In this document: positions 45,652-55,473 of the stretch, in pieces
How positions within the stretch are numbered: position 1 is the first letter of the stretch
How the letters are laid out: each line of letters starts with the position of its first letter
Source: an uncultured Thermoleophilia bacterium
Lineage (GTDB): Bacteria > Actinomycetota > Thermoleophilia > Solirubrobacterales > CAVPYU01
DNA: 64,000 bases
Assembly (NCBI GenBank): GCA_963710065.1
Contig: CAVPYU010000005.1
Location: 624,143 to 688,142 of the forward strand
Direction: 5' to 3'
Program-made: the position numbers and the translations under genes
The notes under the pieces: model-generated
The model's database searches: none
What the model was told of the DNA's origin: nothing
The model's input: only the letters and a program-made list of their open reading frames with translations

Positions 45652-46830
45652 CTACGCCGATATCGAGCAAAACTCCTCGTAGTCTTCGTCAAGCAGCTCC
45701 GTCGGATCTGCGTCCTCGCCACAGGCGGGACAGTTCGGATCACGGCGAATTTTCAACTCGGTGAACTTTGTCGTCAGTGCTTCAAAAAGGAGCAGTCTTC
45801 CGATCAGCGGCTCTCCAGCACCGATGATCAGCTTAATCGCCTCGTTTGCCTGAAGAAGGCCCATTATGCCCGGTAACACACCCAATACACCGTTGTCACC
45901 ACAAGACGGAGCCAGTTCTGCCGGAGGTGGCGTCGGGTAAAGGCAGCGATAACAAGGGCCCTGCTTGGGTGCAAAAACGGTCAGCTGACCATCAAAGCTC
46001 AAGATCGAGGAGTGAATGACCGGTTTGTCCTCCAAAATCGCTGCGTCGTTCAGCAGGTATCTGGTCGGGAAGTTATCGGCGCCGTCAACGATCACATCGA
46101 AGTCACGAATTATCTCTCTTACGTTCTCAGCGGTCAGCCTTGTCTCAAACCCTTCGATCCCGACTTCTGGATTCAGCGCGTTGATCGTCATACGAGCCGA
46201 AGCGACCTTCGATTGCCCGACCCGGTCCGTTGTGTGTATGACCTGCCGCTGAAGGTTCGTTGTATCTACTACATCGTCGTCGACAATTCCCAACGTTCCA
46301 ACACCGGCCGCTGCAAGATACAGAGATGAAGGTGAGCCCAGTCCGCCGGCACCTAAAAGGAGTACCCTGGAATCCAGCAGCTGTCTCTGCCCTTTTACAC
46401 CTACCTCAGGGATAAGTGTATGGCGCGAGTAGCGCTCGCTTTGCTCGGGAGTTAGAAGCTCCGGCCTCGCAAAGTCGTACCCGCGCTCCTTCCAGACCTT
46501 AAAGCCACCTCTCATCGACTCGACATTCGAATAGCCGAGCTGGCTCATCATCTTGTCGGCTGCAAGCGCTGAGCGCTGACCGACAGCACAGTACGCGATC
46601 ACACGTGCATCTTTGTCAGGGACAGCGGCCTCGACACTGTCCTCAAGCTCTCCGCTGGGAATTAGGGTAGAGCCCTCGATATGGCCCGCGTCAAATTCGT
46701 GCTGCTCACGAACGTCCAGCAGAGCTACTTCACCGTTCGGGCTACCGTCTAAAACCCTCTGCACATCAGCGGGATCTATCTCTTTAATTCTTCGTTTTGC
46801 CTCTTTTATCGAATCTTCAAGTTTTGCCAT
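45652..46830 (-). CDS. moeZ: E1-like adenylyl/sulfur-transferase (MoeB/ThiF domain) with N-terminal rhodanese domain
   Basis: The N-terminal rhodanese has active-site CAVGQRS. The C-terminal ThiF/MoeB domain has LLLGAGGLGSP and two CxxC pairs (CYRC, CPAC). Confidence 0.85.
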   Translation of the reverse strand: MAKLEDSIKEAKRRIKEIDPADVQRVLDGSPNGEVALLDVREQHEFDAGHIEGSTLIPSGELEDSVEAAVPDKDARVIAYCAVGQRSALAADKMMSQLGYSNVESMRGGFKVWKERGYDFARPELLTPEQSERYSRHTLIPEVGVKGQRQLLDSRVLLLGAGGLGSPSSLYLAAAGVGTLGIVDDDVVDTTNLQRQVIHTTDRVGQSKVASARMTINALNPEVGIEGFETRLTAENVREIIRDFDVIVDGADNFPTRYLLNDAAILEDKPVIHSSILSFDGQLTVFAPKQGPCYRCLYPTPPPAELAPSCGDNGVLGVLPGIMGLLQANEAIKLIIGAGEPLIGRLLLFEALTTKFTELKIRRDPNCPACGEDADPTELLDEDYEEFCSISA

Positions 46831-46846
46831 TTTATTGGATGCAAAT

Positions 46847-46869
46847 AATCCGACTCGTAGGTCGGGAAT
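46847..46869. promoter_or_regulatory. inverted repeat AATCCGACT-N4-GGTCGGGAAT, candidate operator (same family as 47859 and 50968)
   Basis: It lies in the divergent moeZ/SCO1 intergenic region and shares the half-sites xTCCxACT / GGTCGG with the two suf-region sites. Confidence 0.3.
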
Positions 46870-46997
46870 CTCTACTAAGCAAAATTATAGTAATTCCGAC
46901 CGGATTTTACTAGTTAATCCTCTTACCCCACTTTTTATGTACTCCCCAGCTCTTTGCTAGCTGAGTTTGCGGCAGATGCGGTAGTACCATCATCGGA

Positions 46998-47630
46998 ATG
47001 CAACCGCGTCTTCGACTGGCTCTTTTTACATTGATGCTACTGGCACTGCTCACTGCCTTACTGGCCATTTTGCTTGCCGCGCAATCTACCGACGGCGATC
47101 GCCAGGTTGCGGCCATCGTTCACGACAGCTCTCCTTACAAGGGAGCGGAACGCCCCAAGATCCCGACCAAGGACTTCAAGCTGTCCGACCAAGACGGTCG
47201 ACAGGTGACGCTGAAGAAATACCGTGGACGCATAGTCGTACTCACTTTCATGTACACGAGATGCGAGGACACATGCCCGGTCCAGGCCCAGATAATCGTC
47301 GGTGCGTTGGACGATATCGGCCAACTGGGCAAGCGGGTCACCGCGTTGGCAATTAGCGTCAATCCTGAAAACGACACACCGGCACGGGCTAGGTCATTTC
47401 TGCTCGAGCACAGGGCACGCGGCAGGATAAAGTTCCTATTGGGTAGCAGGGTCTCTCTAAGGCGAGTCTGGGACGAGTACGGCATTCAGCCACAGGGCAA
47501 AGGGTACGAGCACTCGGCCAGCATCGTTTTGATCGACTCCAAGGGTCGTCAGCGTATCGGACACTCGGCAAATGCAACATCTCCGGAAAGACTGGCCCAC
47601 GACATCCGAATGCTGGTCAAGGAGAGATAG
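46998..47630 (+). CDS. SCO1/SenC-family thioredoxin-fold copper chaperone
   Basis: It has an N-terminal anchor and the CxxxC motif in FMYTRCEDTCP. Confidence 0.85.
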   Translation: MQPRLRLALFTLMLLALLTALLAILLAAQSTDGDRQVAAIVHDSSPYKGAERPKIPTKDFKLSDQDGRQVTLKKYRGRIVVLTFMYTRCEDTCPVQAQIIVGALDDIGQLGKRVTALAISVNPENDTPARARSFLLEHRARGRIKFLLGSRVSLRRVWDEYGIQPQGKGYEHSASIVLIDSKGRQRIGHSANATSPERLAHDIRMLVKER

Positions 47631-47858
47631 AACTACGGTAACTGTTCACCATCTGTAATCGTCAATGCAATCTGGGGTTGAGCGTGTCCGGAATAAAGCG
47701 AAACCCCAAGTCGTATGGCTGATGCAGCTGCAACTCACACCGGCTAGCGGCATGTACGTTGGCCGGTGATCGGTAACGACGATATGGAGATGGGTGCCGA
47801 GTAGACACGAACGACGGCAAATAACTATCTCACAGACGTACGTCGCCGTTGCTAGACT

Positions 47859-47884
47859 ATATCCGACCAAATGAGTAGGAATTA
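47859..47884. promoter_or_regulatory. candidate Rrf2 operator upstream of the rrf2-suf operon
   Basis: The sequence atATCCGACCaaatgAGTAGGAATta has the reverse complement ATTCCTACT-N5-GGTCGGAT. It lies 36 nt upstream of the Rrf2 start. Confidence 0.4.
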
Positions 47885-47919
47885 GACCTGGCGTGAAAAA
47901 GTAGAAAAGGACGATCACA

Positions 47920-48378
47920 ATGATGTTCTCCACCAAATCTGAGTACGGTGTGCGTCTACTAGTCGAGTTGGGCCGTTGTCATGGAAGTGAGCCTGTGGCG
48001 CTTGCGGAGGTTGCCAAGAAGGAGAACCTGCCGCTCGCATATCTTGAGCACGTCGTCGCCCGCCTGCGCAAGGCCGGTCTAGTTGAAAGCCAGCGTGGAG
48101 CACACGGAGGTTACAGGCTCTCCAAGAGCCCGGATCAGATCAACATGGCGGAGGTGGTCAGAGCTCTCGAAGGGAATATCGCCCCGATGGAGTGCTTCGT
48201 CAAACCCGGCCCGGGCGGAAAGGTCTTGTGCAGCCACGAGCTTGACGGCGATCGTAGCTGCTCGACCAAGTTACTTTGGACACGTGTGCTGGAGGGCGTT
48301 CTTTCATCACTCCACGACACCAAGTTGTCGGAGCTTGTCGAGTTCTCAGACACGGACCGCGGCTCGGTAGCCGCATAG
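47920..48378 (+). CDS. Rrf2-family transcriptional regulator (IscR/SufR/CymR-like)
   Basis: It has the MMFSTKSEYGVRLLVELG winged-helix start and three Cys in the C-terminal half (C-x12-C-x11-C). Confidence 0.9.
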   Translation: MMFSTKSEYGVRLLVELGRCHGSEPVALAEVAKKENLPLAYLEHVVARLRKAGLVESQRGAHGGYRLSKSPDQINMAEVVRALEGNIAPMECFVKPGPGGKVLCSHELDGDRSCSTKLLWTRVLEGVLSSLHDTKLSELVEFSDTDRGSVAA

Positions 48379-48407
48379 CTGCAACCTGTTTTCTTGAGGT
48401 GGTGAGT

Positions 48408-49172
48408 ATGGAAAAACTAGAAGTAGAAAATCTGCATGTATCCGTTGAAGGAAAGGAGATCCTCAAAGGCGTAGATCTCACTGTCGACAAAGGCCAGATA
48501 CATGCGTTGATGGGACCGAACGGCTCGGGTAAGTCAACACTCTCTAATGTGATCATGGGCCACCCGGACTACCAGGTCACCGACGGCACTGTCACCTATA
48601 AGGGTGTCGATATAACAGGCGCAGATCCCGACGAACGATCGAGGATGGGGCTTTTCATGGCGTTCCAGTATCCGGTGGCAATAGCTGGAGTCCCGGTCAC
48701 CAAGTACCTGCGCATGATCGTTAATGCCCAGCGTGAGGCCAAGGGTGAAGACGAGATAAAGCTCAAGGACTTCCGCTTGCAGGCCGAGGAGGCGATGAAG
48801 CTGGTCCAGATGCCGAAGGAGTTTTCCAGCCGGTACTTGAACGACGGGTTCTCTGGCGGCGAGAAGAAACGGATGGAGATCTTGCAGCTGGCGCTGCTAA
48901 GACCACAGATGGCGATACTGGACGAGACCGACTCCGGCCTTGATATCGATGCCCTGCGCACAATTGCTGATGGAGTCAACACCTTCGCGGGCCCGGAGAT
49001 GGGAGTGCTGATCATCACCCACTACCAGCGCATTTTACGCTACGTGAAACCGGACTTCGTGCATGTGATGCACGAGGGCAGAATAGTCAAGGAAGGCGGA
49101 CCCGAACTGGTCGATGAACTGGAGAAGAAGGGCTACGGCTGGATCAAGGAGGAGGTCGAGGCGGCAGCCTAG
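48408..49172 (+). CDS. sufC: Fe-S cluster assembly ATPase SufC
   Basis: It has Walker A GPNGSGKST, signature FSGGEKKR and Walker B LAILDETDSGLD. The start is at ATG 48408 after GAGGTGG. Confidence 0.95.
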   Translation: MEKLEVENLHVSVEGKEILKGVDLTVDKGQIHALMGPNGSGKSTLSNVIMGHPDYQVTDGTVTYKGVDITGADPDERSRMGLFMAFQYPVAIAGVPVTKYLRMIVNAQREAKGEDEIKLKDFRLQAEEAMKLVQMPKEFSSRYLNDGFSGGEKKRMEILQLALLRPQMAILDETDSGLDIDALRTIADGVNTFAGPEMGVLIITHYQRILRYVKPDFVHVMHEGRIVKEGGPELVDELEKKGYGWIKEEVEAAA

Positions 49173-49183
49173 GCCAAGAACCA

Positions 49184-50446
49184 ATGGAGGCGACTACCAC
49201 AGCTCCAGTTAAGCTCCCAAGGCATATGGAGCAGATTCGTAAAGAGTTCCCACTGCTGGAGCGCGAATTCGACGGAAAGCCGATCGTCTACTTAGACAAT
49301 GCCGCCACCACGCAGAAACCCGAAGCTGTGATCGAGGCAATCGACCTCTACTACCGCCGTCAGAACTCAAACGTCCATCGCGGTGTGTACACACTTGCAG
49401 CAGAAGCCGACGAGCTTTTTGAGAGTGCTCGCAGAAAGGTTGCCGAGTGGATCGGTGCCAAGAGCGCCAAACAGGTGATCTTCGTGCGCAACGCGACTGA
49501 GGCAATTAACTTGGTCGCTTACTCGTGGGGCAGGACCAATATCGAGGCAGGTGACACAATTCTGATCACCGAACTCGAGCACCACTCTAACATCGTGCCG
49601 TGGCAGCAGCTCGCCAAAGAAACGGGCGCAAAGCTTGAGTACGTGCCGATCGACGATGAAGGTCGACTCGACGAAGAGGCTCTCGATAGCCTGATCGAGT
49701 CAGGGCCAAAGCTGGTCGCTGTGGCACATATCTCGAACGTACTGGGCACCATCAACCCGGTGTCGAAGATCGTGGACAAGGCGAAGGCTGTGGGCGCAAA
49801 AGTACTTATCGACGGAGCACAGGCCGCACCCCAGCTCGCGTTGGACATGGCGGAGATAGACGCAGACTTCTACGTCTTTACGGGCCACAAGATGTACGGC
49901 CCGACCGGCGTCGGTGTACTCTACGGCCGGCGAGAGCTACTCGAGGAGATGCCGCCCTTCCTCACCGGTGGAGACATGATCAGCCAGGTGGGAAGACAGG
50001 AGTCCCGGTGGAATGAGTTGCCCTGGAAGTTCGAAGCAGGAACCAGTGCGATCGCCGAGGTTGTCGGGCTCGGCGCGACGGTCGACTGGATCCGAGACGT
50101 CGGCATGGAGGAGATACGGGCCCACGAAGTCAACCTGACACGCTACGCGCTTGAAAGTCTGTCACCTGTACCTGGCCTGAAGATCTACGGTCCTCCCCTC
50201 GCGGAGGATAGAGGTGCTGTCATCTCATTTGCACTCGAAGGGATACACCCACACGATGTTGCGCAGATCCTCGACCGAGACGCAGTTTGTATTCGCGCCG
50301 GGCATCACTGTGCCCAACCGCTGATGGAGCGCCTAGGTGTTCCTGCAACCTCAAGAGCAAGCTTTGCCGTCTACAACACGACCGAGGAGATCGACCAGTT
50401 GGTGAAGTCTCTTCACAATGCACGAGGTGTTTTCGAGCTTGACTGA
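49184..50446 (+). CDS. sufS: cysteine desulfurase SufS (class V aminotransferase, group II)
   Basis: It has the PLP Lys in [11 protein letters not shown] and the active Cys in RAGHHCAQP. Confidence 0.9.
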   Translation: MEATTTAPVKLPRHMEQIRKEFPLLEREFDGKPIVYLDNAATTQKPEAVIEAIDLYYRRQNSNVHRGVYTLAAEADELFESARRKVAEWIGAKSAKQVIFVRNATEAINLVAYSWGRTNIEAGDTILITELEHHSNIVPWQQLAKETGAKLEYVPIDDEGRLDEEALDSLIESGPKLVAVAHISNVLGTINPVSKIVDKAKAVGAKVLIDGAQAAPQLALDMAEIDADFYVFTGHKMYGPTGVGVLYGRRELLEEMPPFLTGGDMISQVGRQESRWNELPWKFEAGTSAIAEVVGLGATVDWIRDVGMEEIRAHEVNLTRYALESLSPVPGLKIYGPPLAEDRGAVISFALEGIHPHDVAQILDRDAVCIRAGHHCAQPLMERLGVPATSRASFAVYNTTEEIDQLVKSLHNARGVFELD

Positions 50447-50499
50447 CACAATGGTCACACCATCCTGCGGTCGATCTACCCAGATGGCCGGTCCTAGTA

Positions 50500-50925
50500 A
50501 TGGGGCACACAATGGATGAGACGCTGTACAGAGAGCAGATCCTCGATCACTACAAGCACCCTCAGAACTTTGGTGAGCTGGAGGACTACGACCTGGAGTA
50601 TGAGGACAGCAATCCCCTGTGTGGAGACCAGCTTCGCGTACAGATGAAGCTCGGTGAAGATGACCGTATAGAGGACCTGCGCTTCAGCGGCGCCGGCTGT
50701 GCGATTAGCCAGGCGTCTGCGTCACTGATATCTGACGAGGTAAAGGGCATGACGATCAAGGAGCTGATGAAGCTGGATAAGCAGTTCGTGCTCGATCAGC
50801 TGGGCATCGACATTTCGGCCACCAGGTTGAAGTGCGCTCTGCTCACGCTCAAAGTGCTCAAAAGTGCATCGCTCGGTAAGTCGGCCGAGTGGGAGTCTGA
50901 CGAACCAAATGCAAAAGGTGCTTGA
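50500..50925 (+). CDS. sufU: SufU/IscU-type Fe-S scaffold/sulfur-transfer protein
   Basis: It has [18 protein letters not shown] and KCALL motifs. ATG 50512 is an alternative start. Confidence 0.9.
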   Translation: MGHTMDETLYREQILDHYKHPQNFGELEDYDLEYEDSNPLCGDQLRVQMKLGEDDRIEDLRFSGAGCAISQASASLISDEVKGMTIKELMKLDKQFVLDQLGIDISATRLKCALLTLKVLKSASLGKSAEWESDEPNAKGA

Positions 50926-50967
50926 TTTTGTGTGTCGTAGAAAATTCGCTGCATCGGTCCACGCTAT

Positions 50968-50992
50968 AATTCCTACTATATGGTCGGAATTA
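50968..50992. promoter_or_regulatory. candidate Rrf2 operator inside the suf operon (sufU/Rieske gap)
   Basis: The sequence aATTCCTACTatatGGTCGGAATta has the same half-sites as 47859..47884 on the opposite strand. Confidence 0.4.
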
Positions 50993-51030
50993 ATGTCACC
51001 TCTCCAAACAACACCGAAACCCGGGTTTTG

Positions 51031-51345
51031 ATGAAAACGGCCACGGTGTGCAAAACAACCGAGTTGCCTCCGGGAGAGATGCGTCTAATCGAAGCGGAAG
51101 GCCTGAAGATAGGCGTGTTCAACAGCGAAGGTACCTACTACGCGATTGAGGACCGTTGCTCGCACGACGAAGGGCCGTTGGCCGAAGGAGAGTTCGACGA
51201 GCAAGAGTGCACGGTCGAATGCCCGCGCCACGGGTCGCTTTTTGACCTGAAGACCGGAAGACCTAAGACGCTTCCCGCGTATGAGCCCTCGAGAACTTTC
51301 CCGGTCACCGTCGACGGTGACAAAGTCTTGGTGGAGGTCGGCTGA
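51031..51345 (+). CDS. Rieske [2Fe-2S] ferredoxin-like protein
   Basis: It has the Rieske ligand motifs CSHDEGPL and CPRHGSLF. The start is at ATG 51031, since the track start 50980 would cover the candidate operator. Confidence 0.85.
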   Translation: MKTATVCKTTELPPGEMRLIEAEGLKIGVFNSEGTYYAIEDRCSHDEGPLAEGEFDEQECTVECPRHGSLFDLKTGRPKTLPAYEPSRTFPVTVDGDKVLVEVG

Positions 51346-51346
51346 A

Positions 51347-53945
51347 ATGTCTGAGATCACGGTCCTGTCACCGAAAGAGCGGGCTTTAAGAAATATCAAT
51401 GAAGACTACAAGGAGAAGTTCGGCTTTCACGACCCGGAAAACTATGCGTTCAAATCTGAAAAGGGGCTCTCCAGGGAGATCGTCGAACAGATCTCCGAAC
51501 ACAAGTCGGAGCCCGAATGGATGCGTAAGTTCCGCCTGAAGGCTTTGGACCACTTCGAGTCGCGGCCTATGCCCAAATGGGGCGCTGACTTGAGCACGAT
51601 CGACTTCAACGACATCCACTACTTCGTTCGCGCTGCCGACAAGCAGGGCGAGAACTGGGATGAAGTTCCCGAAGAGATAAAGGAGACCTTCGACAAGCTG
51701 GGCATCCCCGAAGCAGAGCGCAAGTTCCTCGCCGGAGTGGGAGCGCAGTATGAATGCCTTGCAGAGGATACTCTCGTCTATACAGACCGTGGCCTTATCC
51801 CAATAAAGGACATAAGGGCCAGAGATACAGTCTTCTCTTGGGACGAAGAAAAAAACCAGCTAACCACAGCGCCGGTAAAGAGAAACACTAACAAGGGCAG
51901 ACGGCCGGTATATCGAGTGCGCGTGGGCTGTAGATCGATTCGCGCGACTGACAATCACCCGTTCCTCTGTTTAGCCTACGAGCGTAATCCAGGAAAACAA
52001 CGGGGCCACTATCACAAAGAGTGGAGATACCTATGCGACCTCAACCCGGGAGACCTGGTCGCCGTGAGCAAAAAACTCCCAGAAGTCGGCAAATCGGTCA
52101 AGCTGGACGCAATTTTCAACGGGCATTTCAACCATCATAGGGATAAACAGATCACCATACCTAAAACTACATCTCCTTCGCTTATGTGGTGGCTAGGTGT
52201 TTATTTAGGTGACGGGTTCATACATAACAGCAATGGCAGAAAAAAGCGAGTCGAAGTAGCACTGCCGGCTGGTCAACCCGAACTTCGCCAAGCAATGCTT
52301 GACGAAACCAATGCCATATTTGGTATAGATGGGATAAGTAAACAGGCAGATCGAATTACCGTTGGCACCACGCAGTTGTCCATTCTGATCGAGAATCTGG
52401 GGTTTGGCGGAAAATCAAAGACCAAACAACTCCCTGAGTGGGTTTTTTCAATACCGCACGAAGAACGTCTCGCGCTGATCGCAGGCTACGTGGACTCGGA
52501 TGGCTATGTACGAGATCATAGATCCAACAAAGACACAATTTTGACCAGTGCCAATCGCGCGATGTTAGGTCAGATACGCGAACTCGTGCTTAGCTGCAGC
52601 CTTTCATGCTCTCAGCTAGCAGAGTTCGAGTACACGCTTCACACCAGCGGAAACACTGCTAAAGGCTTTCGGCTGATGATCAGCGGAGACCTAAGTCATC
52701 TACCATTCCGCAACCCGGATCGCGCCAATAGAGTTGGCAAGCACATTTACACACACGATTACTCAAGTGCGAAGGGCACCACGTTCCGCAGCCATGTTAG
52801 TGAATCAGTGGGATTTGTCCGAATCGACAGCATTGATCAAGATGGAGAGGCCGAGGTACATGACATCGAAGTCGACGGTCCCCACAACTTTGTAGCGGAA
52901 GGCATCGTCGTACACAACTCCGAAGTCGTCTACCACCAGATCAACGAGAAACTCGAGGAGCAGGGCGTGATCTTCCTCGACATGGATACGGGTCTGCGAG
53001 AACACGAAGGACCTGGTGCGCGAGTACTGGGCGACCGTGATCCCACCGAACGACAACAAGCTAGCTGCTCTCAACTCAGCGGTCTGGTCGGGAGGCTCGT
53101 TCGTGTACATTCCGGCAGGCGTCCACGTTGAGATGCCGCTACAAGCCTACTTCCGAATAAATGCGGAGAACATGGGTCAATTTGAGCGCACGTTGATCAT
53201 CGCTGAAGAGGGCTCCTCGGTCCACTATATTGAGGGCTGTACCGCTCCCGTCTACTCAAGCGACTCGCTTCACTCGGCAGTCGTAGAGATCATCGCCAAA
53301 CCGGGTGCACGCATCCGTTACTCGACTATCCAGAACTGGTCACAAAACGTCTACAACCTGGTGACCAAACGATCGATCGCTCAAGAGGGCGCAACAATGG
53401 AGTGGGTCGACGTAAACTTGGGGAGCAAGCTCACTATGAAGTACCCCTCGATCTACCTGATGGGGCAGGAGGCACACGGTGAGATCCTCTCGATCGCGTT
53501 TGCGGGTGACGGACAGCACCAGGACGCTGGAGGAAAGATCGTCCATGCTGCACCGAACACGACCTCATCGATCTTTTCCAAGTCGATCTCAAAGGACAGC
53601 GGTCGAACCAGCTACCGCGGGCTACTCGAGATCGCCGATGGAGCCTCCGGGTCCAAGTCGAAAGTCGTCTGCGACGCCTTGCTCTTGGATGAAAGTTCAC
53701 GGTCCGATACGTATCCGACGATCAGGATCGGAGATGATGACGTCGATGTAGGGCACGAGGCGACCGTCTCCAGAGTCGGAGAGGAACAGCTCTTCTACCT
53801 GCAGAGCCACGGCCTGACTGAGGAGGAAGCGTCCAAGATGATCGTGAACGGCTTTATCGAACCGATCACCAAAGAGTTGCCGATGGAGTACGCGGTAGAG
53901 ATGAACCGCCTGATCGAGTTGCAGATGGAAGGCTCGATAGGCTGA
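51347..53945 (+). CDS. sufB: Fe-S cluster assembly protein SufB, interrupted by an intein and by a frameshift near 53009
   Basis: The N-extein is 51347..51754 (...LAGVGAQYE). The C-extein from 52919 reads [30 protein letters not shown], then continues in the next frame as [34 protein letters not shown]...IEGCTAP.... The combined exteins total about 478 aa. Confidence 0.9.
51755..52918 (+). mobile_element. 388-aa class 1 intein with LAGLIDADG homing-endonuclease domain in SufB
   Basis: It starts with Cys ([10 protein letters not shown]), ends VVHN and is followed by Ser+1. There are two LAGLIDADG-like blocks ([20 protein letters not shown]). The flanking sequence is collinear with SufB. Confidence 0.85.
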
Positions 53946-53958
53946 TCGCAGCCCTACT

Positions 53959-55257
53959 ATGACTGCCGAGAACGTTAAGGAGACCGACGTCCCTGCATGG
54001 CAGGCTGAGCGTAGAAAGTCAGCACTTGCCAAGCAGAGCAAGCTCGGACTGCCGACAGCCAAGACCCCTGGCTGGGAGTTCACCGACCTTGAAGGCTTTG
54101 ACCCTGGCGACTACACGGTCACCGAGAATGGCGACAAGAGCTCGTTCAGCAAGATCAGCCCCCTCCTGCCCCCCATCGACGGCACAATTCAGCTACGCCA
54201 ACTGGACGCAACCTCGATTCCAATGAAGGGGGTCGAAGATGCCGTTGCATCCGATGATCGCGACGCTCGGCCGAACAAGCCCGTCGTAATGTCGCTGGAG
54301 CGCGCCAGCTGTGCCTATCCTGAGCTGGTCAAGGACTACCTGGGGTCCGTCGTCGCCTCAAATGATTATTTCGTAGCTGCGAACGACGCCAACTGGCAAG
54401 GTGGAGCGTTTATCTACGTACCGGCAGGCGAGAAGATGGGGTCGCCGGTGCAGATAACAGTTGCACAGGACCGCCCGGGGTCGGCTCTCTTCTGGCGTAC
54501 ATTGATTGTGCTCGAGGAGGGAGCCGAGGCCGAGGTGTGGGAGCAGTATCTATCCACTGGCGACGATGTCGATGGACTGTTTAACACGGTTGTCGAACTC
54601 CACCTTGGAGCCAGTGCCAGCCTTCAATACGTTTGCGGGCAAGGGCTCTCAAAAAAAAGTTTGGTGTTCGGTGCCCAGAGGGCTCATCTTGAACGAGATG
54701 CATCTATCGATTGGGCAGCGCTCGGATTCGGTTCCGCCAATGGAAAGGTTCACGTTGAGACAAGGCTCGCGGGTGACGGATCGAGCGCCAAGGTGACGGG
54801 CGCGTATCTTGGGGACGGCAATCAACATCTAGACTTCGACACAACCCAGGAACATGCGGCAGAACACACAACTTCGGACCTCGCCTTTAGGGGGCTGCTA
54901 GGAGATAGGTCAACGGCCGTATGGCGCGGGATGATCGAGGTCGAGCCAGGAGCGCAACACACCGACGCCTTTCAGGAGAGCAGAAACCTTCTGATTTCAA
55001 AATCAGCACATGCCGACGCGATCCCAGGGCTGGAGATCGAAGCAGACAACGTCCGCTGCTCCCACGCAGCAGCGGTTGCACAGATCGACAAGAATCATGT
55101 CTTCTACCTGATGAGTCGCGGCCTGTCGCGCGAGATAGCCACCCGCTTGATGATCGACGGTTTCATGCAGGAACTTGTTGAACGACTGGACGAGGGACCG
55201 ATCCACGACGCAATATCGGGAGCACTCGAGCAGCGGCTTGAGAGCATCCTAGAATGA
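53959..55257 (+). CDS. sufD: Fe-S cluster assembly protein SufD
   Basis: It is a beta-helix SufBD-family protein of 432 aa, directly after sufB. Confidence 0.9.
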   Translation: MTAENVKETDVPAWQAERRKSALAKQSKLGLPTAKTPGWEFTDLEGFDPGDYTVTENGDKSSFSKISPLLPPIDGTIQLRQLDATSIPMKGVEDAVASDDRDARPNKPVVMSLERASCAYPELVKDYLGSVVASNDYFVAANDANWQGGAFIYVPAGEKMGSPVQITVAQDRPGSALFWRTLIVLEEGAEAEVWEQYLSTGDDVDGLFNTVVELHLGASASLQYVCGQGLSKKSLVFGAQRAHLERDASIDWAALGFGSANGKVHVETRLAGDGSSAKVTGAYLGDGNQHLDFDTTQEHAAEHTTSDLAFRGLLGDRSTAVWRGMIEVEPGAQHTDAFQESRNLLISKSAHADAIPGLEIEADNVRCSHAAAVAQIDKNHVFYLMSRGLSREIATRLMIDGFMQELVERLDEGPIHDAISGALEQRLESILE

Positions 55258-55310
55258 CGTCGACCTTGGTCTTGGCATAAAGCAGCTTTACCGGTAATTC
55301 CATACCGGCC

Positions 55311-55460
55311 TTACTGCTTTTTCTCCCTTTTTTCGCGGCGCTTACCGGAGATCGACGTCCAGGCGAAGAGTGCGATCAGCAGTACCAGGGGCACGAGATA
55401 TATAAGCGGCTCGAGCCAGTGGCTCGCGTGTGCAAAATAGAGGGCATTTATCGGGGTCAT
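55311..55460 (-). CDS. possible 49-aa membrane peptide (MTPINALYFAHASHWLEPLIYLVPLVLLIALFAWTSISGKRREKREKKQ)
   Basis: This hand-translated ORF lies 13 nt downstream of the 475-aa membrane protein gene, with one TM helix and a basic tail. Confidence 0.3.
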   Translation of the reverse strand: MTPINALYFAHASHWLEPLIYLVPLVLLIALFAWTSISGKRREKREKKQ

Positions 55461-55473
55461 TATTTTGTAAAGG

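Noticed and set aside
48276-48407. The track extends the sufC ORF at its N-terminus by 44 codons.
   Set aside because: The extension overlaps the Rrf2 gene and has no SufC homology. ATG 48408 with an upstream GAGGTGG gives the canonical MEKLEVENLHV start.
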